A stretch of 64,000 nt of DNA from contig NC_090408.1 of the NCBI RefSeq assembly GCF_036365525.1, positions 30,310,269 to 30,374,268 on the forward strand, read 5' to 3'. Shown piece after piece: positions 37,361-49,735 of the stretch; position 1 is the stretch's first letter; the number at the start of each line of letters is the position of its first letter. Both the position numbers and the translations under genes were made by a program. The notes below the pieces were generated by a model. The model saw only the letters and a list, made by a program, of their open reading frames with translations, was not told the DNA's origin and made no database searches. The DNA comes from Heterodontus francisci. Taxonomy: Eukaryota.

Positions 37361-38136
37361 CGGCTGCATTTTAACAGTCCGCTAGGGATGGGCTGCAAGG
37401 CTCCCCCAGCCATAAAATAGCGAGGGCAGACGGGGGGTTGGAGTGCTCACCTCCTTCCTGCTGCCATGGTGGGTGAGCCCTCCACTATGTGGGGATAGTT
37501 TCTGGTAAACCCTGGTGGCCTCTCTGTGGGCTCAGGATGTGGTGTGGTGTAGGGTGCATAGTTTCCAGACCCCCCCTTTTTGGGCACTCCCCAGCACCCC
37601 ACCCCTCGCTAGAGCCTGCCTCACTTCAGCAATTTTTAGTTCCCCACCCACCCCCCGCGCCATCTCCGCCCTCACCTTCCCCCACCCAACCCAACCCCCC
37701 ACCCCACCTCCCCCAACTCCCACTTGCCCCCCCACCCCCTCACCTCCCCCACCTCCTCCCCAAACCCCCCACACCCAACCCCCCTCCCCACCTCCCCCCA
37801 ACCCCCACTTGCCCCCACACCCTTCACCTTCCCCACCTCCCCCCCACCCCCAATGCCTCCCAACCCCCCCCACCCCACCCCCCATTACTCAACCCAACCC
37901 AACCCCCACCCCCACACCCCACCTCCCCCCCAACCCCCCTCACCTCCCCCACCTCTACTCCATACCCCCACTGTCATTCAATTGGCCACAGCTCTTGGAG
38001 GCGGGGCTCTTGTCCCGTAAAGTTTCCGGATGGGCCTAAAATGCAGCGGGGGGGTCCAGGAAACAGCCAAGGCAAGGTTGCCTCCTGGCTTTCGGGCCCG
38101 TTGTCGGAACCCCACCGCCCTGACAAATTTCAGCCC
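37361..38136. mobile_element. Harbinger-type MITE with a C-rich low-complexity core
   Basis: Ends CGGCTGCATTTTA / AAATTTCAGCCC. 37640-37970 is degenerate (CCCCA/CCTCC)n. The Pro-rich ORFs are artefacts. Confidence 0.7.
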
Positions 38137-38227
38137 AATATATCAGAGGATGTGCTGTTCTATAAGGAATGGAGCTTTACACCACGTACCGCACAATGTA
38201 TTACTCCACTGCAAATAAAGAGTCTTG

Positions 38228-38662
38228 TGTAACTTGCCCTGTTCCTTTAAGGCCAAGGTCCAATCGTTGTGCCTTTGAGATCAATTAGAGGCTAATTCTT
38301 CTTGGACACATGCTGAGGTCAATTGGAGGTCAGAGTGAACCTGGCAGGAAATGACTGCCTTTCTCTTTTTATTTAAAGTACTTACTTTTCCCTTAAGTGT
38401 GACTCCTGAGATCAATTAGAAGCTGCTTTCTGCCACTTGGGATCGTCCTCCATAGATTCGAAATGATTGACTTTCTTTCAAACTTTTCTTTAAATGTGTA
38501 ACAGAGAAATTTGTGTGTGTTACGTCTGAAATGTGATAGACATGCCTCAATTTTTTTCATGTAGATGAGACATGTTAAAATATATACATACTACAGAGAA
38601 ATCACACAAAGACTGACCATTACATAAATAGGCCACCACGGAATCCCTGGTTTGCTATGACA
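38228..38662 (+). mobile_element. Probable old solo LTR
   Basis: TGTAAC...TGACA ends, flanks CTTG/ATTG, three TGAG(A/G)TCAATT copies; family shared with 30291-30808. Confidence 0.5.
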
Positions 38663-39269
38663 ATTGTACAACTCATGATTTTGTCACTTGTTACACTGGG
38701 CTTCATATGATCATTGCATTTTTGTCATTGATATTTAGTGACTCTGTGATAATGCAAAATTTACATTAATGTACAAGGAATGTAGTTCATTTTTACTGAA
38801 AGACAGTTGGAGAATCATAAATAACAAAATGAAGAGTATTCATTTTCCATCCTATGGTTCTGAACATATCCAGGGTTGACCTGTCTCTAAAATCTATCTT
38901 GTTTGTGCAGGACTTGCAGAAATGGGAGTCAGTGGCTTAGTCCCAGTAGATCATGCTCAGGCCTAAGCATATTTAAGCATCAGTTTCAAAATCCAAAGAC
39001 AGGAAAGATAGAGATTAATGGATCATCTTATACAGGAGCATTTTTCCACATAACATGAATTAAATTTTGATAGATATTTAGTGGACAACAATTTCTGCTT
39101 ATATGCAGTCTTGGCAAAGTAATACGCTGGACCCACTTCAAACTCTCAACAAGAACAATGTACTCAGCAAAAGATTTTGAAACTGGCATGAAAACCTTTG
39201 GGATGAAGCATAGTGACAAAAAAACCCACGAATCCCCAAAGACTATCATGTTGCACCTTATATCAGAAA

Positions 39270-39710
39270 AACAATTTGACATGCTTCTCTGCACTGAACA
39301 GAAAAGCTAGACTAGGTCCTGTGTAAAGTAAGGGCTGAATACTTTGAACACATGAGTAGTCTGGCTTGGCTGAAAAGTAGAACATAGCAGGTGCTCAAGG
39401 ATGTGATGTTAGAATGGGGAGGAGTATTGAGTGGACTCCCCCAGGAATCAGTGTTGGGACCCCTACTGTTGCTGGACAACTTGGATGTAGCAAATCAAAT
39501 CAAATTGGTGAAATTCAGGGACAATGTGAAATTAGAGAGATGACTTTGAAACCAAGGACCTAGTAAATAAATTATATAAACCCAGAGGCAGATGAAATTC
39601 AATTTGGATAAATGTAAAGTATTGTATACTGGAAGAAATGAATGGAGAACTTATTTATCTATATACAGGGTGTCACGATAGTTCAGGATGGTCAAATGAG
39701 ACTTGGCCAT
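39270..39710 (+). mobile_element. Ancient CR1 RT fragment
   Basis: CCCCAGGAATCAGTGTTGGGACCCCTACTGTT (PQ.SVLGPLL) and CAGATGAAATTCAATTTGGATAAATGTAAAGT (QMKFNLDKCKV). Confidence 0.8.
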
Positions 39711-40606
39711 ACACACCAAACATCAACATTTCACATTTACAGTCAGCATTTTTCCGGCCCCATCAATAGTTACTGATAAAATATCTGTGTAGACCAGGCC
39801 TCTCTCCCTCTCTGTATATTGTAGCTGGGCACTCTCCAAATAACAGGAGTTCCTGCTGCACTATCTAGATGCCATAATCCCCATATTGGTTCTTTCAGCA
39901 ATGCTGAGCAAAGAAAGCCGTCCAGTCCAGTGCATTAACAGCAAGACTCAAGTAGAAGCAAGACTGAGCTGGTGGCAGCAATTGAAGGAGGGACTGAATG
40001 GTTATGAAAGGGGAAATGTAAAACAATGAAAGAAAAGCAGAAGCAGGAATTGAGTGACAATGAAAGAGAAGGAAAAGAAAATGGATGGCAGTAGATGGAG
40101 GGGGAAAATGGATAGTAATGAAGGTAGACAAGGCTGGGAGTGGTATATTGGGGTAGTGCAGAAAGAAGAGTGCAAATGTTTATTTGACAGAATGGGGAAG
40201 GAGAATACCAACACAGACTTTGCAAAGATGGGTGAAGAAAAAGTTCTGATATGGACTTTGCAGGGGTAAGGAGGAGGGAGCGGCCAACCTGAACAGGGGA
40301 GGATGGAGGAAGTGAACCAGTTTAACTGCGTTGGAGAGGGGAAAGGTGCAAAGTTGAATTTAGGGTGAAGAGGGTAATGTGTGTTAGTATGGCCATTGGA
40401 GGAGTAGTGAAGAATGATTAAGAAGTTGGATGGGTTATAGGTTCTATGTGATTGGGTCAGGAGGAGTTAGAGTGCTGGGGGGTGGGGGTTAAATGTGAGA
40501 GTCACTGTTAAATTACCTTTTAAGTAAGTGGTATTCTGGTTGGCTTGTTCAAAATCCAAACGCCACTTTTGTTTAATTTATTTAAAATTAGTAACCGATT
40601 AATTAT

Positions 40607-42197
40607 ACGAACATACAAACAAATGAATTAGGAGCAGGAGTAGGCCACTTGGTCCTTCGAGCCATTCAGTAAGTTCATGGCTGAACTGATTACTCCATAT
40701 TTCCACCTACCCCCGATAACCTCCCACTCCCTTGCTTATCAAGAATCTATCTACCTCTGCCTTAAAAATGTTCAAAGATTCTGCTTCCACTGCCTTTTGA
40801 GGAAGAGAATTCCAAAGACTCACGACCCTCTGAGAGAAAATATTTCTCCTCATCTCTGTCTTAAATGGGCGATTCCTTATTTCTAAAGCAGTGACCCCTA
40901 GTTCTAGATTCTCCCACAAGGGGAAACATCCTTTCCACATCCACCCTGTCAAGACCCCTCAGGATCTTGTATGTTTCAATCAAGTCACCTCTTACTCTTC
41001 TAAATTCCAGCGGATACAAGCCTAGCTTGTCCAATCTTTCCTCGTAAGACAGCCCACCCATTCCAGGTATTAGTCTAGTAAATTTTCTCTGTACTGCCTC
41101 CAATGCATTTACATCCTTCCTTAAATAAGGAGGCCAGTACTTTACACAGTACTCCAGATGTGGTCTCACCAATGCCCTGTATAGCTGAAGCATAACCTCC
41201 CTACTTTTGTATTCAATTCCCCTCATGATAAACGATAACATTCTATTAGCTTTCCTAATTACATGCTGTACCTGCATACTAACCTTTTGCGATTCATGGA
41301 CTAGGGCATCCAGATCCCTCTGCATCTCAGAGCTATGCAATCTCTCACCATTTAGATAGTATGCTTTTTAATTCTTCCTGCCAAAGTGGACAATTTCACA
41401 CTTTCCCACATTATACTCCATTTGCCAGGTCTTTTCCCTCTCACTTAACCTATCTATATCCCTTTGCAGCCCCATTATTTCCTCTTCACAAGTTACTTTC
41501 CTACCTATCTTTGTGTCATCAGCAAATTTAGCAACCATACCTTTGGTCCCTTCATCTAAGTCATTTATGTAAATTGTAAAAAGCTGAGGCCCCAGCACAG
41601 ATCCCTGTGGCACACCACTCGTTACATCTTGCCAACCAGAAAATGACCCATTTATGCCTATTGTTTCCTGTTAGCGAGCCAATCTTCTATCCATGCCAAT
41701 ATGCGACCCCCCTACACCATGAGCTTTTATTTTCTGCAATAACCTTTGATGTGGCACCTTATCAAATGCCTTCTGGAAATCTAAGTACAATACATCACCT
41801 GTTCCCCTTTATCCACAACACATGTAACTCCCTCAAAGAACTTCAATAAATTGGTTAAACATGATTTCCCTTTCACAAAACCATGTTGACTCTGCCTGAT
41901 TACCCTGAATTTTTCTAAGTGCCCTGCTATAATGTCTTTAATAATAGCTTCTAACATTTTCCCTAAGACAGGTGTTAAGCTAACTGGCCTGTAGTTTCCT
42001 GCTTTCTGTCTCCCTCCGTTTTTAAATAAAGGAATTACAATCGCTATTTTCCACTCTAAGGGAACCTTCCCCGAATCTAGGGAATTTTGGAAACTTAAAA
42101 CTAACCGATAAACTATCTCACTAGCCACTTCTTTTAACACCCTAGGATGAAGTTCATCAGGACCCGGGGCCTTGTCAGCCCGCTGTTCCAACAATTA
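40607..42197 (-). mobile_element. CR1 LINE, 5' truncated (RT and 3' end), frameshifted
   Basis: KAPGPDELHPRVLKE, NYRPVSLT, QHGFVKGKSCLTNL, PQGSVLGPQLFTIYIND, KFADDTK, LVRPHLEYC. Confidence 0.96.
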
Positions 42198-42519
42198 TTT
42201 CAATTATGAAGTACAGAAGTGCTTAAAATTAACCAGAATGCATTAATTTTAATATAATCATTCAAGAACCTCCAAGGGAACCCTACCCTATGGCTTCCCT
42301 AGAAATGAATTGTTAATTTTATGTGCTCAATATTTTAATTTCATCTTTAGGGATTCAAACTTCGTATTCCTTGGGATTGTTTTGTATACCTACAGCTTAA
42401 GCCTCAAAGGCCATGTAAATGCGTGTTGTCACACCAGGGCCATTGTTAAACTGTTAGCCTTTTGGCAACTGCGTCAGTCTTTTTTAAAATCTGCTGGTCA
42501 GCCTTTGCTAGATTTCTAG

Positions 42520-43125
42520 GTTGGCATCTATGCTTGGCCCTTAACACATCTAGTCACCGAGGAGCAGCAATCAACAAATAAGAATAATGAATGATGCAAC
42601 CAAATAATTGGCATAAAAGGCATGCTGAAACTATATAGAGTTCTGATCAAACTCTGTCCAGGTTGGGTCACTGAGACACAAGAGAAACATTCAAGCCATT
42701 GGAAGTGGCGCGGAGAAGAACCACAAAACCAGTCCTAAGCATCGGAGGATTCCATTAGGAGGAAGGATTGGAGAAGCTTCGGGCTCTTTAGCTTCAGAAA
42801 ACAAAACAAAGAGGGTCCTCCCAGAAATATTTAGAATAGTAAATGGCTGAAACAGAATACAATTCAGGATGAAACATAACAGTATGACCAGGAAGCACAG
42901 GTTCAAAACATTGAAGAACAACTTAGAATTGATATCAGAAAATACTTCACACAATGATTGCCCAACACATGGAATGGACTTCTGGACAGGCTGGTAGAGG
43001 AAAAAAACCTTGGAATCACTTAAAAAACACTTAGATGTTGCACTGAGGAAACTGTAGGATTTCTTCTGAATAGATGAGCTAGGATTGGCTAAATGACCTT
43101 TCTCATTTCTCTGTCTTTTGATCTC
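42520..43125 (+). mobile_element. Ancient CR1 3' half, likely the continuation of 39270-39710
   Basis: Degenerate LKLYRVL, EERLEKLGLFS, TWNGL..LVE and a 3'UTR remnant. Confidence 0.7.
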
Positions 43126-44096
43126 CATGAATGCTCTCAGTGCTTCAATTGAATCAAATGGAGATCAGTAGGGACCTCTCAAACCCCAGAGGGAAACTAG
43201 ATACAATGATTTGTATGAAATAAATTATTCCCTTCAAACATTTTATACAAATTAATATAAAGCGATTACACAGATCAGGTTGTTTGAGGAAAGCAACAGA
43301 TTGGCAGAAACATGAACAGATGAATATTGCTATAATATAAATCAACTTCCTACTGCCAAGCAAGGGAAAAATATACAACAAATTTTCTTCTTCTCAGTGA
43401 TTACATCGTGAACAAGAATATGTTCTATGGTTTAATGATTCTCTAAATGTAATTAAATGCCCAACGCTCAGGGCGAAAGATTTATCTTAGTTGAATACTG
43501 TTGCTCAAAATATCGATTATTTTTTATTGCCAGTACTTTTTAAAAGGTACAACATCCTTCTTGTGGCAAAATAGCTTTAAAAAATGTACAATTCAATTTT
43601 GAAACAAACATCTGCAGAAATTGCCATTTAAGGGATTCCAATAATTACCATTGAGAATTGCCCCAAGTACAGGAAAACTAAAAATATTTGAAAATTGGAA
43701 AGGAGATGCAATATTCAAAGGGCCAAAATAAATTTGTATGCTTCTGGATATATTTTCATCCATTCATCTTTTGTTTATTCTTGCCCCTAACTGTAAAACT
43801 GTAATTCAAATGTCATTTCCTTTAAAATAAGACTCATAAGAAAACAGGACAAAGGGTCAGAACTGTAAGGGAACACTGTCAACACAGGTTATTAAATACG
43901 TCAAGTAAAAATAGAAGACAGTGTTTGTTATGTGTGGTGTATTTCACTGGTGAGGTGGCAGGACAGATGCATCAATGTATTAGAATCTCACTTTCAAACA
44001 AATTTTGTTTGGATCACATGGCAACCTAACATTTAAACTTCCCGTTTGTTGCAAACCATGAACAGTTGGAGTTTGATGCTCTCAGATCTAAGGATT

Positions 44097-44249
44097 GAAA
44101 CATAGAGACATATAAAATAGGAGCAGGAGTAGGCCATTCAGCCCTTCGAGCCTTCTCTGCCATTCATTATGATCATGGCTGATCATCCAACTCAGTAACC
44201 TGTTCCTGCTTTCCCCCCATATCCTTCGATCCCTTTCACCTCAAGAGCT
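44097..44249 (-). mobile_element. CR1 3' tail
   Basis: AGGAGCAGGAGTAGGCCATTCAGCCCTTCGAGCC...GATCATGGCTGATC. Confidence 0.9.
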
Positions 44250-45121
44250 CAGAAAGGTTTAACTTGCCACACACGCACTGAGATACCCCATCCTCCACCG
44301 AAGACCTCTCACCCATGATCCCATCCACAACCTTAACTCTGTTCCCAACCCAAAGTCCTGCCGCGGTCGTCAATTCTGTTAGAGGCTCTGTTCCCGCACC
44401 CCCCACCGCGCCCCCCCCCCCCCCCCCCAACAACAGCTCCCGGACTCCGGGAATCACAAGAACAAAACTGCACATGACACAGGGCCAGGCCAAACCACAA
44501 ACTTGTTCATTGAGAAAAACAAAAACCCTCCCAACACCCTGCTACAAAGACCTCCAAACTAATTTAAAGGACACCGCACGACACCTTGAATGGTTAGTCC
44601 AATTTAAATCCCTCCACGATTCAACCTCAGCACTTACCCAAACACACAAGTCATCATGGCTTATAAAATAAACCTTTTAAAAAAAAACCACAGGCAAAAC
44701 CCCTCGCCTCTGCCACAAATTCACTCAATTCAAAACACAAAACCCTCCCAGGACCTGGTCGCCACACTCAAAACTGTCCCAAAACACTCGGCCCCAAATA
44801 CCCCTTGTATTTGGCCGACAACCCACAATCCTCCACGCAGCTGGACCCCCCCACCCCCCCCAGTGAGCCAGGTCAACCGTTCCCGACTCTCCCTCTCGAC
44901 TGCATCCCCCACAGCACAAACCCCTTCAAGATCCGACTGAAAAACCCACAATCACCCACACGGCTGGCCACCACCAATGTTGACCGCAGGCCCGGACCCG
45001 AGACGACCAGTCCACATCCCTCCCTACACAACTGCACATTGGAGAGGGATTGGGGTCTCAACCAGATCATAGATATTAGTATAGTGCCCCTGTTATGGCT
45101 AATGTGTATCAGGTGCTTCGC

Positions 45122-46822
45122 TTTTTTTTAATTTATTCATGGGATGTCAGCGTCACTGGCCAGGCCAGCATTTATTGCCCATCCCTAATTGCCCTTGAGA
45201 AGGTGGTGGTGAGCTGCCTTCTTCAACCGCTGCAGTCCATGTGAGGTAGGTACTCCCACAGTCCTTTTAGGAAGGTCCATTTGGAAACAAACAAACTTAT
45301 TAGCGAGAGACAGCATGGTTTTGTGAAGGGGAGGTTGTGTCTTACTAATTTGATTGAGTTTTTTGAGGAAGTGACGAAGATGATTGATGAGGGAAGGGCG
45401 GTGGATGTTGTCCATATGGACTTTAGTAAAGCCTTTCACAAGGTCCCGCATGGCAGACTGGTGCAAAAGGTGAAGTCACACGGGATCAGAGGTGAGCTGA
45501 CAAGATGGATACAGAACTGGCTCAGTCACAGAAGACAGAGGGTAGCAGTGGAAGGGTGTTTTTCTGAATGGAGGGATGTGACTAGTGGTGTTCCGCAGGG
45601 ATCAGTGCTGGGACCTTTGCTGTTTGTAGTATATATAAATGATTTGGAGGAAAATGTAGCTGGTCTGATTAGTAAGTTTGCGGACGACACAAAGGTTGGT
45701 GGAGTTGCGGATAATGATGAGGATTGTCAGAGGATACAGCAGGATATAGATCGGTTGGAGACTTGGGCGAAGAAATGGCAGATGGAGTTTATCTGGACAA
45801 ATGTGAGGTAATGCATTTTGGAAGGTCTAATGCAGGTGGGAGGTATACAGTAAATGGCAGAACCCTTAGGAGTATTGACAGGCAGAGAGATCTGGGCGTA
45901 CAGGTCCACAGGTCACTGAAAGTGGCAACGCAGGAGGATAAGGTAGTCAAGAAGGCATACGACATGCTTGCCTTCATCGGTCGGGGCATAGAGTATAAAA
46001 ATTGGCAAGTCATGTTGCAGCTGTACAGAACCTTAGTTAGGCCACACTTAGAATATTGCGTGCAGTTCTGGTCGCCACACTACCAGAAGGACGTGGAGGC
46101 TTTGGAGAGGGTACAGAGGAGGTTTACCAGGATGTTGCCTGGTCTGGAGGGCATTAGCTATGAGGAAAGGTTGGAAAAACTTGGATTGTTTTCACTGGAA
46201 CGATGGAGGTGGAGGGGCGACATGATAGAGGTTTACAAAGTTATGAGCGGCATGGACAGAGTGGATAGTCAGAAGCTTTTTCCCAGGGTGGAAGAGTCAG
46301 TTACTAGGGGACATAGGTTTAAGGTGCGAGGGGCAAAGTTTAGAGGGGATGTGCGAGGCAAGTTTTTTACACAGATGGTGGTGAGTGCCTGGAACTTGCT
46401 GCCAGGGGAGGTGGTGGAAGCAGTTACGATAGCGACATTTAAGAGACATCTTGACAAATATATGAATAGGAAGGGAATAGAGGGATATGGGCATCGGAAG
46501 TGCAGAAGGTGTTAGTTTCGGCAGGCATCAAGATCGGCGCAGGCTTGGAGGGCCGAATGGCCTGTTCCTGCGCTGTACTGTTCTTTGTTCTTTGAAGGGA
46601 GTTCCAGGATTTTGACCCAGCGACAGTGAAGGAACAGTGATATAGTTCCAAGTCAGGATGGTGTGTGACTTGGAGGGGAAGTTGCAGGTGGTGATGTTCC
46701 CATGCATCTGCTGCTCTTGTCCTTCGAGGTGGTAGAGGTCGTGGGTTTGGAAGGTGCTGTCTAAGGAGCCTTGGTGCGTTGCTACAATGCATCTTGTAGA
46801 TGGTACACACTGCTGCCACTTT
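45122..46822 (-). mobile_element. LINE family B 3' fragment, split by a young CR1 (pieces 45122-45275 and 46594-46822)
   Basis: VAAVCTIYKMHCSNAPRLLRQHLP...GSKSWNSL joins VGVPTSHGLQRLKKAAHHHL across the insertion. Confidence 0.9.
45276..46593 (+). mobile_element. Young CR1 LINE, 5' truncated
   Basis: RT ORFs 45281-45811 and 45724-46515 (one frameshift near 45790), a (TGTTCTT)n tail and exact TSD GAAGG (45271-45275, 46594-46598). Confidence 0.97.
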
Positions 46823-48688
46823 CCAGATCATACTCCATAATCACACTATGTGCTCTGTTCTTCTTTATGTTGAAAACCATATACAATGCATGATACAATA
46901 CACAATCATACAATAATGCTCCAAGCATTCATTTGCAGCCTGAACCTCTAGTATATACAATGAGTATAATCTGATCATAGGTTGTAACTACCTACTACTT
47001 CATTTTCTGCTGACTGATGAGATCAAATGCATGCCAGCATATACAGTGGCTCCTGTGCATGCTGTGACACAAGGTCGTGCATTGGAATGTGCCGTATTGA
47101 TGATAGAGTGATGCCAACATAACATTGCTTCACCATAACCAGTCAGGGTAATCAGAATCACTACAGTTTGGCAGTTTTATATCCATATTTCTGAGCTGCC
47201 ATAACAAGCATCAACAAGGCATGACAATTCGAACAGATTCATGACATTACTCACATGAAGCTGTTTTGGAGAATGTGTAAAACTGACTCTGACATACATG
47301 CAATTTACTCTTGAATGGAATAAGCATATGTTGAGCACTGAATAGAAAATAGTAAATGTTCCAATTATCGACTGAAATAGAAACCCTATTAATACCGGAC
47401 AGCCCAAAGTGTAGCTAAACATGTTTTCAGGGCATAGAGTTTCAAACTGGCTCATTGTATTTGTCCAAAAACATTCAGCATTACTCTAATCTTCAAATGA
47501 CATCAGAGCTTCCTTTATTAAAGTAGCTACTGAAAAGCCATGAAGACTTTCAATGAAAGTTCACTCTCTGGTAAACAAAAACAAATCTACAAGTGGTTTT
47601 AAAGTCGGTAAATAATAACAGGGTTCAGACAGATTCATGGCTTAAAATGTTATCTGAACTCCTTTAATTAGATTGCTGCATTATAATTCACTATAAGGTA
47701 ACCAATATTCTTTCTTTCTTTAGACAGCTTTTTAATTAAAACAGCTGTTAAGTTAAGGGGAAGATTTAAATGTACAGTTATAGTATAAATAGTGTTCGAA
47801 ACAATACTTTTCATTCTTAGAAACTCAGGTTTGAATCTAGGACATTGATGACCAATGAAGGTTATTGTTCCAAAAATGGTTGTAAAGGGCAAGAGCAATG
47901 AGCTGTGACCATGGTGATGTTAGCAAAGAAGTTGTATTGCCAAGCTGGATATCTAAAAGTGTCTGATTACAATAGATGAAAGAGTTTAAAATAAGCACCA
48001 TCTGATATCCTAATAGTCAGAATCAGGCATTAATATTCAGGTCATGAGTGTTGGTATTGATAATACCAGATCTATAACAAAGTTATTTTGTTTAATAATT
48101 GTCTAGACTCCAGGCACTAAAAGGATTTTAACAGAAAAAGGAAGGCTCTGTACACCTATTATACTCTTCAGTTCTTTTGCAGAGGATAGGGATGCATTAT
48201 TTAGAAGAAACAAACCCACCTTATTCTTTTATTGTGTTACTAAACAAACAGATTACCATATGGTAAACACTGGCAATGTTCCTAACAGTTGAAAGATTGC
48301 CAAGCCAGTTAGCCATTGTTTTAGAATATATTTACTCTCGCCTCTGAGTCACAAAGTTGTGGGGTCAAGTCCCAATCCAGCACTTGAGCACAAAAATCAA
48401 GGCTGGAACTCCAGTGCAGTACTGAAGGAGTGCTGCACTGTCCTGAGGTGCTGTCTTTCAGATGAGATGTTAAACCAAGGCCCCATCTGCCTGCTCAGGT
48501 GGGTGTAAGAGTTCCCATGGTACTATTTTGATGAAGAGCAGGGGAGCTATCCCCATGACCTGGCCAATATTTATCCCTCAATTAACATCACCAAAAAAAG
48601 ATGATCTGGTCACTATCACATTGCTATCTGTGGAAATTTGCTGCGTGCAAATTGGCAGCAATGTTTCCTACGTTACAGTGGCTACACT

Positions 48689-49093
48689 AAGATACAAACA
48701 TGCATACAAACATACGAATTAGGAGCAGGAGTCGGCCACTCAGCCCCTCGAGCCTGTTCTGCCATTCATTAAGATCATGGCTAATCTGATTGTACCCTCA
48801 ATTCCACATTCCCGTCTACCCCCAATAACCTTTCACCATCTTGCTTATCAAGAATCTATCTACCTCTGCCTTCAAAATATTCAAAGACTCTACTTCCACC
48901 ACCTTTTGAGGAAGAGAGTTCCAAGGACTCACCACCCTCTGAGAGAAAAAAATTCTCCTCATCTCTGTCTTAAATGGGCAATCCCTTATTTTTAAACAGT
49001 GACCCCTAGTTCTAGATTCTCCCACAAGGGGAAACATCCTTTCCACATCCACCCTGTCAAGACTGCTCAGAATCTTATATGTTTCAATAAGAT
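48689..49093 (-). mobile_element. CR1 3' fragment (same subfamily as 40607-42197)
   Basis: LIETYKIL..LDRVDVERMFPLVGESRTRGH..FFSQRVV, followed by the 3'UTR. Confidence 0.95.
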
Positions 49094-49313
49094 GAGTCAC
49101 GACATTACTCACACAAAACTGTTTTGGAGAATGTGTAAACTGATTTTGACATCTATGAATTGAATGAGCATATGTCAATTACTAAATGGACAATAGTAAA
49201 TTTTCCTATTATCAACTGTGAAAGAAACCCTAAAAACACCAGACAAATCAACACACGGCCAAACATTTTCAGGGTAGAGGGCTTCAAACTGATTCATTGT
49301 ATTTGTCCGAAAA
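49094..49313 (+). repeat. Diverged direct copy of 47236-47471
   Basis: Shared GACATTACTCACA, CTGTTTTGGAGAATGTGTAAA, AGAAACCCTA and TTCAAACTG..TCATTGTATTTGTCC in the same order. Confidence 0.95.
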
Positions 49314-49735
49314 GTGACTTAATTGGCTGTAAAGCGTTTTGAGAGGGCCAGCGGTCGTGAAAAATGCTGTATAAATGCAAGTCTCTTTTTTTATTTAACA
49401 GAAGTTAGCATAGAACAGAGCCCTTAGCTGTATATTCAGTTTAATGATGGGGGGATTTTTGTTTTGTATACCTAACCCAGTCCCAAGTTTCTTCCTCAGA
49501 TATCCTCCCTCCTTTCCCCGCTCAGCCTCTGCACCGAACAACTCCTCATCCTTAGTGATTCCAATCTCCATCTCAACTCACCTTGCCCTCTCTCCTCTGA
49601 TTACACTACCCTCCTGTCCTCCTTAAACATTTCTCCCTATAAACCTCTTCCCTCCATTAACATTTTTCCTACAAACATCCATTGTCAAGCCTTTGATCTT
49701 GCATCTCACAGGGCAATGCTTTCATTGCCTCAATT

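Larger units (their letters stand above)
48334..49396 (+). mobile_element. Deu-domain SINE, split at 48688/49311 by a CR1 plus duplicated segment
   Basis: tRNA-like head (CTCTGAGTC..GGTCAAGTCCC), Deu domain GGCCAATATTTATCCCTCAA, tail resuming at AAAAGTGACTTAATTGGCTGTAAAGCG. Confidence 0.9.

Noticed and set aside
37489-38232. 247-aa proline-rich ORF and overlapping Gly-rich antisense ORFs
   Set aside because: Product of C-run low complexity inside a MITE.
47014-47060. Isolated CTGATGA boxes (also ~19564 and ~33491)
   Set aside because: No stem II followed by GAAA, so not hammerheads.
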